This document shows positions 31,444 to 41,257 of a stretch of 64,000 bases of DNA, in pieces. The first letter of the stretch is position 1. Each line of letters starts with the position of its first letter. Source of the stretch: an uncultured Solirubrobacterales bacterium (GTDB lineage: Bacteria; Actinomycetota; Thermoleophilia; Solirubrobacterales; Solirubrobacteraceae); assembly GCA_963709225.1 (NCBI GenBank), contig CAVPVM010000002.1, positions 527,168-591,167 on the forward strand, written 5' to 3'. Under the pieces are notes generated by a model. The model saw only the letters and a program-made list of their open reading frames with translations, did no database searches and was not told where the DNA came from. Made by a program: the position numbers and the translations under genes.

Positions 31444-33209
31444 TCGGCGCTGGAGCCGGCGCCGAGTGGGTCCCCGCCGAGCGTGGCGCCCCCCAACGAG
31501 GCGATCTCGGTGGCCTTCAGAGGCGGCGCGAACGCGAAGCCCTGCCCCTCGTCGCACTCCATCGCGACGAGCCCCTCGAGCTGACCGTCGGTCTCGATGC
31601 CTTCGCCGACGACCGTCATCCCGAGCGCATGGGCCATGGCCGTAACCGCGGCGATGATCTTGCGGTCGCGCGAGCCGCTGCCGAGGCGGGCGATGAAGCT
31701 GCGGTCGATCTTGAGGATGTCGGCACGCAGTCGCTGGAGGTGTGCGAGCGTCGAGTAGCCGGTGCCGAAGTCGTCGAGCGCGAGCCGCACCCCCAGGTTC
31801 GAGAGCGACTCGAGCACGCGGTTCGCGTCGTCGAGCTCGCCGATCAGCGCGGTCTCGGTGATCTCCAGGCACAGGCGCGACGGCGCGATCGCATTGCGCT
31901 CGAGTGCCGCCGCCACGCGATCGACGAGGCCGCGGTCACGCAGCTGGCGTCCCGAGACGTTGACCGAGATGACGAAGTCGCCGGCGACCTCTCCGGCGGC
32001 AGCCCATGCGGCCAGCTGCCGGCAGGCTTCGTCGAGCACGAAGGTGTCGATCGAGGCGATCAGGCCGCGCTCCTCGGCCAGCGGGATGAAGTCGGCGGGC
32101 GGAATGACGCCGCGCTGGGGATGCAGCCAACGAACCAGCGCCTCGGCGCCGGTCAGAGCGCCGTCCTCCAGGCGGAACAGCGGTTGGTAGAGCACGAACA
32201 GCTCGGCGCGCTCGATCGCGCCGGCCAGCTCGACGGCGAGGCCGGCACGCGAGGAGGAGTGCGGATGCGCGTCCGCGTCGAAGACCTCGAAGCCGTCGCG
32301 GCCGGCCCGCTTGGCGCCGTACATCGCGACATCGGCGCGGCGCAGAAGCTCGCCCGGATCAAGCAGCGGGTCGTCGGTAACGACAACGCCGATGCTCCCG
32401 GTCACACGAAGGTCGCGGCCGTCGAGCTGCAGCGGCGCGCGCATTGCGTTGGCGATCCGATCGCAGATCAGGCGCACGTCGGCGTCCTCGTGCAGGTAGG
32501 AGAGCAGCAGCACGAACTCGTCGCCACCCAGGCGGGCGACCGTATCGGTGCGCCGGGCGACGTCGCTCAGGCGCCGCGCCACTTCGACCAGCACGCGGTC
32601 CCCCGCGGCGTGGCCGAAGGCGTCGTTGACGTCCTTGAAGTCGTCGAGGTCCACGAACATCAGGCCGACACGCCCGGGACGGCGTTCCAGCGCGACGAGC
32701 GACTGCTGGAGGCGGTCCATCAGCGCCACGCGGTTGGGCAGGCCCGTGACCGCGTCGTGCAGCGCCTGCTGGACGAGCGCCTGCTCGGCGTCGATCTGCG
32801 CGGTGACGTCGCGGGCGATGCCCCAGGTGCCGATGATCTCGCCGCGCTCGTTGCGCAGTGGCAGCTTGGTCGTCGAGACCCACGCGTCCGGGCGGTCGCG
32901 GAAGGTCTCCCGCTCGACCTTGGCGACGACGGGCTTGCCCGTCGCGATGATCCGCCGCTCGTCCTCGAACGCTGCGGCGGCGTGCGGGCGGCTGAAGATG
33001 TCGAAGTCAGTCCGGCCGATCACCTGATCGAGCGTCAGGCCGGGCGCGACGCCCGACAGCCAGCCCGCGCTGACGGCGAGGAAGCGGCTCTCGCGGTCCT
33101 TGAAGAAGACGCGCTCCTCGGAGCTCGCCAGCAGGTTGCGCATGCAGGCCAGCTCGAACTCCTGCGAGAGGGCGAGATTCACCTGCGGTTGGGGTTTCGA
33201 TTGGTCCAC
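31419..33209 (-). CDS. PAS-GGDEF-EAL protein (c-di-GMP turnover)
   Basis: PAS, intact GGDEF (RLGGDEFVLL) and intact EAL (GAEALVRW, DDFGTGYS, EGIETDGQ). Start taken as GTG 33209. The ORF part upstream of it is antisense to ppdK and rejected. Confidence 0.85.
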   Translation of the reverse strand: MDQSKPQPQVNLALSQEFELACMRNLLASSEERVFFKDRESRFLAVSAGWLSGVAPGLTLDQVIGRTDFDIFSRPHAAAAFEDERRIIATGKPVVAKVERETFRDRPDAWVSTTKLPLRNERGEIIGTWGIARDVTAQIDAEQALVQQALHDAVTGLPNRVALMDRLQQSLVALERRPGRVGLMFVDLDDFKDVNDAFGHAAGDRVLVEVARRLSDVARRTDTVARLGGDEFVLLLSYLHEDADVRLICDRIANAMRAPLQLDGRDLRVTGSIGVVVTDDPLLDPGELLRRADVAMYGAKRAGRDGFEVFDADAHPHSSSRAGLAVELAGAIERAELFVLYQPLFRLEDGALTGAEALVRWLHPQRGVIPPADFIPLAEERGLIASIDTFVLDEACRQLAAWAAAGEVAGDFVISVNVSGRQLRDRGLVDRVAAALERNAIAPSRLCLEITETALIGELDDANRVLESLSNLGVRLALDDFGTGYSTLAHLQRLRADILKIDRSFIARLGSGSRDRKIIAAVTAMAHALGMTVVGEGIETDGQLEGLVAMECDEGQGFAFAPPLKATEIASLGGATLGGDPLGAGSSAERRRTASR

Positions 33210-33381
33210 CAGTTGACCCCCAGGGGGCAGAGCGTCACGCGTGTTATCGGCGCGCGCGCGTAGAAAGGTGAGCGATCGCAGGGGCGCGCCTAAACCAGAC
33301 GCCGAGCCGCCTGTCGGGCTCGCCAGAGCGCGCTGGGACGCGCGCGTACTACGCCACGACCAACCGTGCGGAGATATACCG

Positions 33382-36117
33382 ATGGCGCGCCGCCCGCCTG
33401 ATGCGAGCCTCCGTGACGTGAGCAGCACCGCGATCCCGACCGGGTCCGAGACCCAGACAGCGACCGACCTCGCGCCGACCGATTCGGCGCCCAAGTACGT
33501 ATTCGACTTTGCCGAGGGCTCGCGCGACATGCGTGACCTGCTCGGCGGCAAGGGCGCGAACATCTGCGAGATGACGCGGCTGCTGGGAGCGGACCTCGTC
33601 CCCGCCGGCTTCGTGATCACGAGCGAGGCGTGCGTGATCCACATGAGCACCGGCGAGGAGCCGCCCGAGCTCGCGCCCCAGGTTGATGCCGCGTTGGAGC
33701 GCCTCCAGGGATATGTCGGGCGCCGCTTCGGCGACGCCGACGATCCGCTGCTGCTGTCGGTGCGCTCGGGCTCGCGCGAGTCGATGCCGGGCATGATGGA
33801 CACCGTCCTGAACCTCGGGCTCAACGACCGCTCCGTTGAGGGGCTGGCGCGGGCCACCGGTAACGACCGCTTCGCCTGGGACTGCTACCGGCGCTTCGTG
33901 CAGATGTTCTCCAACGTCGTGCACGGCGTCTCGGGCGAGCACATCGAGGACGAGATCGCCGAAGTCAAGGCGCGCCACGGCGTGCACTTGGACACCGAGC
34001 TCGATGTCGACGCGCTGCGCGAGCTGACCGAGATCTTCAAGCGCGACTTTGAGCGCCAGACCGGCGAGCCCTTCCCACAGGATCCCGCCGTCCAGCTCGA
34101 ACAGGCGATCCTCGCCGTGTTCGACTCCTGGAGCGGCGCGCGCGCCGTTTCCTACCGGCGGATCAACCACATCCCCGACGACTGGGGAACGGCGGTCAAC
34201 GTGCAGCAGATGGTGTTCGGCAACAAGGGTGAGGACTCGGGCTCCGGCGTGGCGTTCAGCCGCGACGAGGTGACCGGCGGACCCGAGCCGTCCGGCGACT
34301 TCCTGATCAACGCCCAGGGCGAGGACGTCGTCTCCGGCGTGCGAAACGCGCAGGAGCTGGCTGAGCTGCGCGACGTGATGCCTGAGGCCTACGCCCAGCT
34401 GACGAGCATCCTGCGCAAGCTCGAGGGTCACTACGGCGACATCCAGGACACCGAGTTCACGATCGAGGAGGGGCGTCTGTACATGCTTCAGACGCGCAAC
34501 GCCAAGCGCCCGGCGCAGGCCGCCGTTCGCTTCGCCGTGGACGCCGTCGCCGAGGAACTGCTGACCAAGGCACAGGCGATCGCGACGATCGACGCCTCCT
34601 CGCTCGACGCGCTGCTGCACCCAACCTTCGATCCGAAGACGCACTACAAGGTGCTGACGCGCGGCGTCGCCGCCTCCCCCGGCGCCGCCAAGGGCACGAT
34701 CGTGTTCAACGCGCCCGCGGCCGTCGCGGCCGGCGAGGCGGGCCACCACGTCGTGCTGGTGCGCCCGTTCACCGAGGCCGAGGACGTCGCCGGCTTCTTC
34801 GCGGCGCAGGGCATTCTCACGAGCGAGGGCGGCAAGGCTTCGCACGCGGCGCTCGTCGCCCGCGGGATGGGCCGTCCGTGCGTGTGCGGGGCGAGCGCGC
34901 TCGACATCGACCTCGCAGCGGGCACCGTCACCGTTGGCGACGTGGTCCTGCACGAGGGCGATCTGATCGCGATCAACGGCTCCACGGGCGACATCACGAT
35001 CGACGACGTCGCGCTGGTGGAGCCGGAGATGGACCCCAACTTCCAGACCGTGCTGGGCTGGGCCGACGAGCTCCGCACGCTCGGCGTGCGAGCCAATGCG
35101 GACGTGCCCGAGGACGCCCGGCGCGCTCGCGCGTTCGGCGCCGAGGGAATCGGCCTGTGCCGCACCGAGCACATGTTCATGGCGGCCGACCGCCAGCCGA
35201 AGATGCGCGCGATGATCATGGCCTCGGCGGAGGCCGACCGACGGGCTGCGCTGGCTGCGCTGCTTCCGCTCCAACAGGCCGACTTCGAGGGCCTGTTCGA
35301 TGCGATGGAGGGCCTGCCGGTAACGATCCGGCTGCTCGATCCGCCGCTGCACGAGTTTCTGCCGAGCCAGATCGACCTGCTCGACGATCTCCGCGAGGCG
35401 CATGAGAACGACCCCGCCGCCGTCCCCGAGCTCGAGCGCACGCTGAAGCGCGTGCAGGAGCTGGCGGAGACCAACCCGATGCTCGGCACGCGCGGATGCC
35501 GGCTCGGAATCCTCTACCCAGAGGTCTACGAGATGCAGGTCGCGGCGATCATGCGCGCGGCTCGCGCCGTGCGCGAGCGCAGCGGGCGGGCGCCTCACAC
35601 CGAGGTGATGATCCCGCTGGTCAACTACGAGGGCGAGCTCACCCTGATGCGCGAACTGGTCGTCCGGATCGCTGAGCAGGAGGGCATGCACGAGGGCGCC
35701 GACTACAGCGTCGGCACGATGATCGAGCTGCCGCGGGCCTGCGTCGTCGCCGACCACCTGGCCGAGCACGCCGACTTCTTCTCCTTCGGCACCAACGACC
35801 TCACCCAGACCGCGCTCGGCTTCTCGCGCGACGACATCGAACGCACGATCATCGTGCGCTACGTCAACGAGCACATCGTCCCCTGCTCCCCGTTCGAGAC
35901 GATCGACCGCGAGGGCGTCGGCGCATTCGTGCGGATGGCCGTCGCGAAGGGCCGCTCGGCCAACCCCGATCTCCACATCGGGGTCTGTGGCGAGCACGGC
36001 GGCGACCCCGACTCGATCGAGTTCTTCGCGCAGGCCGGACTCGACTACGTCTCCTGCTCGCCGTTCCGCGTGCCGGTCGCGCGCGTGGCCGCCGCTCAGG
36101 CAGCCGGCAGGAGCTGA
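33382..36117 (+). CDS. ppdK: pyruvate, phosphate dikinase
   Basis: GGKGANICEM, phospho-His loop TSEGGKASHAALVARGMGRPCVCG, GLCRTEHMF, C-terminal PEP-utilising domain. Confidence 0.95.
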   Translation: MARRPPDASLRDVSSTAIPTGSETQTATDLAPTDSAPKYVFDFAEGSRDMRDLLGGKGANICEMTRLLGADLVPAGFVITSEACVIHMSTGEEPPELAPQVDAALERLQGYVGRRFGDADDPLLLSVRSGSRESMPGMMDTVLNLGLNDRSVEGLARATGNDRFAWDCYRRFVQMFSNVVHGVSGEHIEDEIAEVKARHGVHLDTELDVDALRELTEIFKRDFERQTGEPFPQDPAVQLEQAILAVFDSWSGARAVSYRRINHIPDDWGTAVNVQQMVFGNKGEDSGSGVAFSRDEVTGGPEPSGDFLINAQGEDVVSGVRNAQELAELRDVMPEAYAQLTSILRKLEGHYGDIQDTEFTIEEGRLYMLQTRNAKRPAQAAVRFAVDAVAEELLTKAQAIATIDASSLDALLHPTFDPKTHYKVLTRGVAASPGAAKGTIVFNAPAAVAAGEAGHHVVLVRPFTEAEDVAGFFAAQGILTSEGGKASHAALVARGMGRPCVCGASALDIDLAAGTVTVGDVVLHEGDLIAINGSTGDITIDDVALVEPEMDPNFQTVLGWADELRTLGVRANADVPEDARRARAFGAEGIGLCRTEHMFMAADRQPKMRAMIMASAEADRRAALAALLPLQQADFEGLFDAMEGLPVTIRLLDPPLHEFLPSQIDLLDDLREAHENDPAAVPELERTLKRVQELAETNPMLGTRGCRLGILYPEVYEMQVAAIMRAARAVRERSGRAPHTEVMIPLVNYEGELTLMRELVVRIAEQEGMHEGADYSVGTMIELPRACVVADHLAEHADFFSFGTNDLTQTALGFSRDDIERTIIVRYVNEHIVPCSPFETIDREGVGAFVRMAVAKGRSANPDLHIGVCGEHGGDPDSIEFFAQAGLDYVSCSPFRVPVARVAAAQAAGRS

Positions 36118-36296
36118 TCGCGGAGCCGGCCGGGCCCGTATGGCCTGGCCGCGCTGGGGAGGGCAACGGTACGCCGATGTCCCCGTCACAGCCGGGAGCA
36201 GTATTCGTCGCCGTCCCGAGCCCGTCTCGACGCCACGGACTACCGCATTGAGGGTAGTCCCGGCGCCACCGGCGACCGATGCCTTGGCAAGAGACG

Positions 36297-36761
36297 ATGA
36301 GCGCCAATCCCAACCCCCAAGCAGCGGTCGCCTTCGAGGCCCGCCCCTCCATCGTGTTCGCCGACGACGACGAGTTCATGCGCTGTCTGCTCGGCATCCA
36401 ACTCCAGCACGCTTTCGACTTCACCGGCATGGCGTCGAACGCTGACGAGGCGATCGCTGTCGTCCGAGCGAAGCGGCCGGACCTCGCGGTTCTCGATGTG
36501 GACATGCCGGGCGGCGGTGCGCGCCGGGCCACCGACGAGATCCGGCGCTGCTCGCCCGAGACGGCGATCGTGATCCTCTCCGGTGACGAAACGCACGAGA
36601 CGGTTGTGGAGCTCCTGCTGCACGGCGCCGAGGCCTACCTGCGCAAGGGCATGGATGGCGCGGCACTCGCCAAGCAGCTGATGTTCGCGATCGAAGGGCA
36701 TCGCCACCGACGTGCTGCAGTCGAGGCGGAGCGCATCGTCGCGGCGCCCGGCAGCGTTTGA
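36297..36761 (+). CDS. single-domain (CheY-like) response regulator
   Basis: IVFADDDEFMR, DLAVLDVDMPGGG, YLRKG. There is no output domain. Confidence 0.7.
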   Translation: MSANPNPQAAVAFEARPSIVFADDDEFMRCLLGIQLQHAFDFTGMASNADEAIAVVRAKRPDLAVLDVDMPGGGARRATDEIRRCSPETAIVILSGDETHETVVELLLHGAEAYLRKGMDGAALAKQLMFAIEGHRHRRAAVEAERIVAAPGSV

Positions 36762-36878
36762 CCCCGCGTAGGCGCGGCAACTGCAGCGCGGGGCACGAGG
36801 CCCCGGGGTTCCGTCGTCGCCGACGTTCAGGCTGACGCGAAACGCCACCACCAACCAGGACCAAACGGAGGCTATGGG

Positions 36879-37244
36879 GTGGGCCGAGAGCAAAGCCGGG
36901 CCCGAGACGGATTGGGCGCACTGCGAGCGAGGTTCGCCGCTCGAGGCGTCCGGGGAGCCGGCGCCGGGAGTCCCGACAGCGCCGTGCCCGCGGACGCGTG
37001 GGCGACGCTGCACGACGGCACGACCAAGCCGGCGTCCCGGCTCGTCAAGGGCGACGTCGTGGTCGTGTCAGCCGGCGGGATGATCCCCGCCGATGGCATC
37101 GTGATCGAGGGAGTCGCGATGGTCGAGGAGTCGGGCATCACCGGCGAGTCCGCCCCGGTGATTCGTGAGTCCGGGACCGAGCGCAGCGCCGTCAGCGCCG
37201 GCACGCACGTCCTCACCAGCCAGCTCGTGATCGCGATCACCTGA
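36879..37244 (+). pseudogene. kdpB: kdpB (K+-transporting P-type ATPase B chain) fragment
   Basis: [67 protein letters not shown] matches only the actuator-domain segment (roughly residues 130-210) of a protein of about 680 aa. There are no flanking kdpA/kdpC genes, and the upstream part is out of frame. Confidence 0.75.
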
Positions 37245-37337
37245 CGTGGCTGCCCGCTCCGTCCGAGGCCGGTGCAGAGTCGACAGCGAGGCCGCGGGGG
37301 TCGCCTCGACGCCCTGTTCGGGGTAGGATCGGCGACT

Positions 37338-37757
37338 GTGAGCGCGTCGCCCGTTGACGACTGGCTTGGAGCGATTGACAGACGCGATCTCGACGCTGCG
37401 ATGGCCATGGTCTCGCCCGACTGCCGGCTTCTGGTCGTCGACGGACGCCGCGCCGAGGGCTCGGAAGCGGTGCGAGCTCTGCTTGCGACCTATTTAGCCG
37501 CGGTGCGATCGAGCGCCCATCACATCACCGCGCAATGGCACCAGGACGGCGTCTGGATAGCTGAAGTCGAAGCCGACTACGAGTTGATCGACCGTCTGCG
37601 CATCACCGCACGCCCCCGCGCGTTCGTGATCCGAGAGGGGACGCACGGTTTTGCCGATATCCGGGTCTACGGAGCGCACGAACAACCGCTCACGGAGCAC
37701 GCGGCGGGCGGTGAGAAGGGGATGCATCTCGGCGGGCACCTGGTTCCGCCGCTGTGA
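37338..37757 (+). CDS. SnoaL/NTF2-like fold protein
   Basis: About 140 aa. WLGAIDRRDLDAAMAMVSPDCRL pattern is typical of SnoaL-like domains. GTG start. Confidence 0.55.
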   Translation: MSASPVDDWLGAIDRRDLDAAMAMVSPDCRLLVVDGRRAEGSEAVRALLATYLAAVRSSAHHITAQWHQDGVWIAEVEADYELIDRLRITARPRAFVIREGTHGFADIRVYGAHEQPLTEHAAGGEKGMHLGGHLVPPL

Positions 37758-37967
37758 TCGGGCGGCGGCGACGTCGGGGACCGACGCGTGCGCAGCGCGA
37801 GTGATCGTTTTCGGCGCCGTCGACCGGGGTCGGGCTGCTGCGCTGGTCGCCGCGGCGTTCCGAGGAGACCGCCAACGCTCAGCTGCCGCGGTTGACGCCA
37901 TCCACGTTGCGGCATCGACGTCCCGGAACACTTAGACGACAATCCTTCTCCAGCGAAAGGACCTGCC

Positions 37968-38891
37968 ATGCAAGCAGTGACCGTTCGGGACCGCGATTCC
38001 GGCGTCGGTGGCCTTTCCCTGACGGATATTCCCTACCCCCGCGCCGGCCAGAACGACGTCATCGTGCGCGTGCACGCTGCGGGGTTCACGCCCGGCGAGC
38101 TGAACTGGCCGACAACATGGGTCGACCGCGCGGGGCACGACCGGACGCCGAGCGTCCCCGGTCACGAGCTTTCCGGTGTTGTCGCTGAATTGGGTTACGG
38201 AACGACGGGCCTGAGCGTCGGCCAGCGGGTACTCGGGGTGATCGACTGGGCCCGTGACGGCTCGCTTGCCGAGTACGCCGCCGTGGAGGCCCGCAACCTC
38301 GCTCCGCTTCCAGCTGACGTCGATTACACCGTGGCCGCGGCTGTGCCGATCTCCGGGCTGACAGCGTGGCAGGGGCTGATCGACCACGCTCGCCTCAGGA
38401 CAGGCCAGACGGTCCTGATCCACGGCGCCGCGGGTGGTGTCGGTTCGATCGCTGTGCAGCTCGCGCGCGAGGTGGGGGCTGTGGTGATCGGCACCGGCCG
38501 AGCGGCGGACCGCGATACGGCCCTGGGTTTGGGAGTGAGCGCCTTCCTGGACCTGCAGGCCGACAAACTGGAAGACGCCGGCGAAGTTGACGTGGTGTTC
38601 GACGTGATTGGCGGTGAGATCCTCGACCGTTCGGCTGCGCTCGTGCGCGCCGGCGGCACGCTCGTCACAATCGCCAGGGTACCCACCGTTCAGCCAAAGG
38701 ATGGGCGCGCCGTCTTCTTCGTCGTCGAACCCGACCGCTCCCGGCTCGCGGACCTCGTGCAACGGCTCAGGGACGGACGGCTCAAGCCGATCGTCGGAGC
38801 AGTACGACCGCTCGCCGAAGCGCCTGCCGCGTTCGCCCCCGACCGGCGCACCCCCGGAAAGACGATCATCCGCGTAATTGAGGGCGAATAG
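37968..38891 (+). CDS. NADPH:quinone oxidoreductase-like medium-chain dehydrogenase/reductase
   Basis: GHELSGVV and cofactor loop IHGAAGGVGSIAVQLA. Confidence 0.85.
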   Translation: MQAVTVRDRDSGVGGLSLTDIPYPRAGQNDVIVRVHAAGFTPGELNWPTTWVDRAGHDRTPSVPGHELSGVVAELGYGTTGLSVGQRVLGVIDWARDGSLAEYAAVEARNLAPLPADVDYTVAAAVPISGLTAWQGLIDHARLRTGQTVLIHGAAGGVGSIAVQLAREVGAVVIGTGRAADRDTALGLGVSAFLDLQADKLEDAGEVDVVFDVIGGEILDRSAALVRAGGTLVTIARVPTVQPKDGRAVFFVVEPDRSRLADLVQRLRDGRLKPIVGAVRPLAEAPAAFAPDRRTPGKTIIRVIEGE

Positions 38892-39004
38892 CCGGCGTTC
38901 GGCCCAACACATGCACCGATCTCGCGGCGCGTCGGGGTCGCCGCGAGGACCTGCCGCTTCTCGACCCCACGCGCTACCCTGGCATCCGATGATGGAGCGG
39001 GTCG

Positions 39005-39232
39005 ATGCGCGCAGAGCATGAGGTCAGCGTCCGGGTGATCAGCCCGGAAGAGGCCGTTGACGACGTCGCCGAGTTCTGGCTCGGCGACGAGCTGCTCGGC
39101 CTCACCCGCCTCGAAGACGGCGAGCTGGTCTTGAGAATCGAACCGCGCGCCGACGGCGCCGCCGTCGTCGTCAACGCGCACAGCCTGGCTGCCGCGTTGG
39201 CGCAGGCAAAGGCACTGCTGCAGTCGTACTGA
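39005..39232 (+). CDS. small hypothetical protein (75 aa)
   Basis: Acidic, non-repetitive composition unlike the GC-artefact ORFs. No family recognised. Confidence 0.4.
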   Translation: MRAEHEVSVRVISPEEAVDDVAEFWLGDELLGLTRLEDGELVLRIEPRADGAAVVVNAHSLAAALAQAKALLQSY

Positions 39233-39357
39233 GCAAGCGTCGAATCGCGCTCGGCACGCCTCCAATCGGAGCGCGCGCAACAGCCAGTGTCAGCGCCAAC
39301 TCGTCATCGGCGCCCCCCGACATCGAGCGGCGCCGGCCCGAGCTGTCGCGGGAAGCG

Positions 39358-39750
39358 TCACGCGAGAACCTTTGCCTTCGCGCGATCGAACTCCTCATCT
39401 GTCAGCACTCCGCGGTCCCGGAGCTCGGCGATCTTGTCAAGGTCATCCGCTGTGCCACCTGATTTTGGCGCGCGCGTGAACTGGCGGAACGCTTCGTACT
39501 GTGAGCGGTCTTCCGCCTGGTGCTCGTGCAGCGTGTGCCCGCGCACGATCAGGTAGCCCAGCACGCCGATCAGCGGGAAGACGAAGATGAAAAGCAGCCA
39601 TAGCGCCTTCGCCCAATTGGAGAGGTCGTGGCTGCGGAAGATGTCAAATACCACGCCGATTGCGATCCAAATCCAGAGGAAGAGGAAGCCGAGCTCGAGG
39701 ACTGTGAGCAGCCCATCTCCGAAGGTGTAGGTGGAAGCGGCGAGCGGCAT
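39358..39750 (-). CDS. membrane protein with PLD-nuclease N-terminal (PLDc_N) and SHOCT domains
   Basis: Two TM helices with WAKALWLLFIFVFPLIGVLGYL. C-terminal SHOCT motif LDKIAELRDRGVLTDEEFDRAKAKVL. Confidence 0.75.
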   Translation of the reverse strand: MPLAASTYTFGDGLLTVLELGFLFLWIWIAIGVVFDIFRSHDLSNWAKALWLLFIFVFPLIGVLGYLIVRGHTLHEHQAEDRSQYEAFRQFTRAPKSGGTADDLDKIAELRDRGVLTDEEFDRAKAKVLA

Positions 39751-39853
39751 TGTTGTCCTTTCGCTCAGGGATCTTCATGTCGACGATGATGAGGCGGCCA
39801 CGCCCGCCATCACTGCCCACCGCCTGCGCGGCGCTGTCTCACAGGCGTCGCCA

Positions 39854-40285
39854 TCAAGACGGGGGACGCCAGCCTCTGGCGAGCGTCGTCTGGCCCACCT
39901 CGATCACGTAGCCGTCAGGATCGCGGATGTAGCACCGGATCTCTGCGGCGTGCTGCTTGGGCGGCGTCAGGAAGTGGGCCCCCCGGGCGCTCCACTCGGA
40001 GTACACGGCCTGGATATCTGCGACCCGGATGTTGAGAAAGCTGCTCACCCGATCCGGGTCGGATGGAGTCTCGAGCGTGACGGTCGGCTTGTCGTCGGTC
40101 GGACCTCCTCCGACGTTGATGATGATCCAGCTGTTGGCCAGCGCCACGTACGTCACCCCGTCATCCCCTTCGCCCGAGATGACGGTTCTGCCGCCAAGCA
40201 CCTCGGTGTAGAAGCGGCGAGACCGCTCCACGTCATCGGAAACGATGAAATGGCCGAGAACCATCTCCTGATCGACCGTGCTCAT
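39854..40285 (-). CDS. VOC/glyoxalase-bleomycin resistance family protein
   Basis: LGHFIVSDDVERSRRFYTEVLGG ... IRDPDGYVIEV. Confidence 0.8.
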   Translation of the reverse strand: MSTVDQEMVLGHFIVSDDVERSRRFYTEVLGGRTVISGEGDDGVTYVALANSWIIINVGGGPTDDKPTVTLETPSDPDRVSSFLNIRVADIQAVYSEWSARGAHFLTPPKQHAAEIRCYIRDPDGYVIEVGQTTLARGWRPPS

Positions 40286-40533
40286 GAGCACCTCCGTCGT
40301 TGGAATGGTTTGATGCTGCCGCCCCGGGGCCCGCGTCGCGCCCGTGTACCCCCCGGTCCGCTACCCGGGGCCCCTGCCTCCAGGTGATGCTCCGGACGCG
40401 AACGCACGTTGGGCTTTTGGTTGGCGGACGAGAACGACTTTGAACACCTGCACACGGGAGCGCCTGAGAAAGTACGCCACGGGCTTGCTTCCCCGTCGTG
40501 GCCGACCACCAGCGACCGTCGACCGCGATGCGG

Positions 40534-41244
40534 TCAATGTCCGGCGGCTTGGCCGCCGTCGATGTGGAGTGTTTCGCCGGTGACGAACGTGGCCCGCTCC
40601 AGGTACAGGATGCCGTCGACAACATCGGCGACCGTGCCTGTGCGCCCGAGCGGGTGGACCCTGGCGAGTCCGGCGTACTCCCCGGGCGGGTGCATCGGCG
40701 TTTCGATCACGCCGAGCGAGACCGCGTTCACCCGCACATTGTGCGCCGCGTACTCGATCGCGAGCGACCGCGTGACGGCGTCGAGTCCGCCTTTGGTCAG
40801 TGAGGCGAGCGCCGAGGGCGAGTCGCTTCTCGCGTGATCGACGAGGCTGGTCGAGACGTTGACGACGTGCCCTGTGCCCCGCCTCTTCATCTCCCGGATC
40901 GCGCGCTGGGTGATATGGAAGAACCCGGTCAGGTTGACCGCGATCATCGCTTCGTAGTCCTCAACGGTGTACTCGGTGAAGGGCTTGCCGATGAAGATCC
41001 CCGCGTTGTTGACGAGAGTGTCGATCCGGCCGAACCGGTCGAGCGCGCAGGCGACGATGCGGTCGGCCGTCTCGGGCTCGGCGATGTCACCGGGGACGGT
41101 AACGAAATCCGCCTCGTCGGCGGCCTCGATCGTCAGGGCCGTTCCGATCACTGCATATCCCGCTTTGCGAAAGGCGGACGTGAGGCCGGCCCCAATGCCC
41201 CTGGAAGAACCCGTGACCACTGCGACCTTCGGTGGGTCGGTCAC
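40534..41244 (-). CDS. SDR family oxidoreductase
   Basis: VAVVTGSSRGIG, NNAG, and the S...K region. GTG 41244 follows a GAGAGG RBS; the alternative is TTG 41268. Confidence 0.85.
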   Translation of the reverse strand: MTDPPKVAVVTGSSRGIGAGLTSAFRKAGYAVIGTALTIEAADEADFVTVPGDIAEPETADRIVACALDRFGRIDTLVNNAGIFIGKPFTEYTVEDYEAMIAVNLTGFFHITQRAIREMKRRGTGHVVNVSTSLVDHARSDSPSALASLTKGGLDAVTRSLAIEYAAHNVRVNAVSLGVIETPMHPPGEYAGLARVHPLGRTGTVADVVDGILYLERATFVTGETLHIDGGQAAGH

Positions 41245-41257
41245 TGCCTGAAACCTC

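Noticed and set aside
33210-33857. N-terminal 216-aa extension of the GGDEF-EAL ORF
   Set aside because: This part overlaps the ppdK 5' region on the opposite strand and has Ser/Arg/Pro-rich composition. The PAS domain begins just after GTG 33209.
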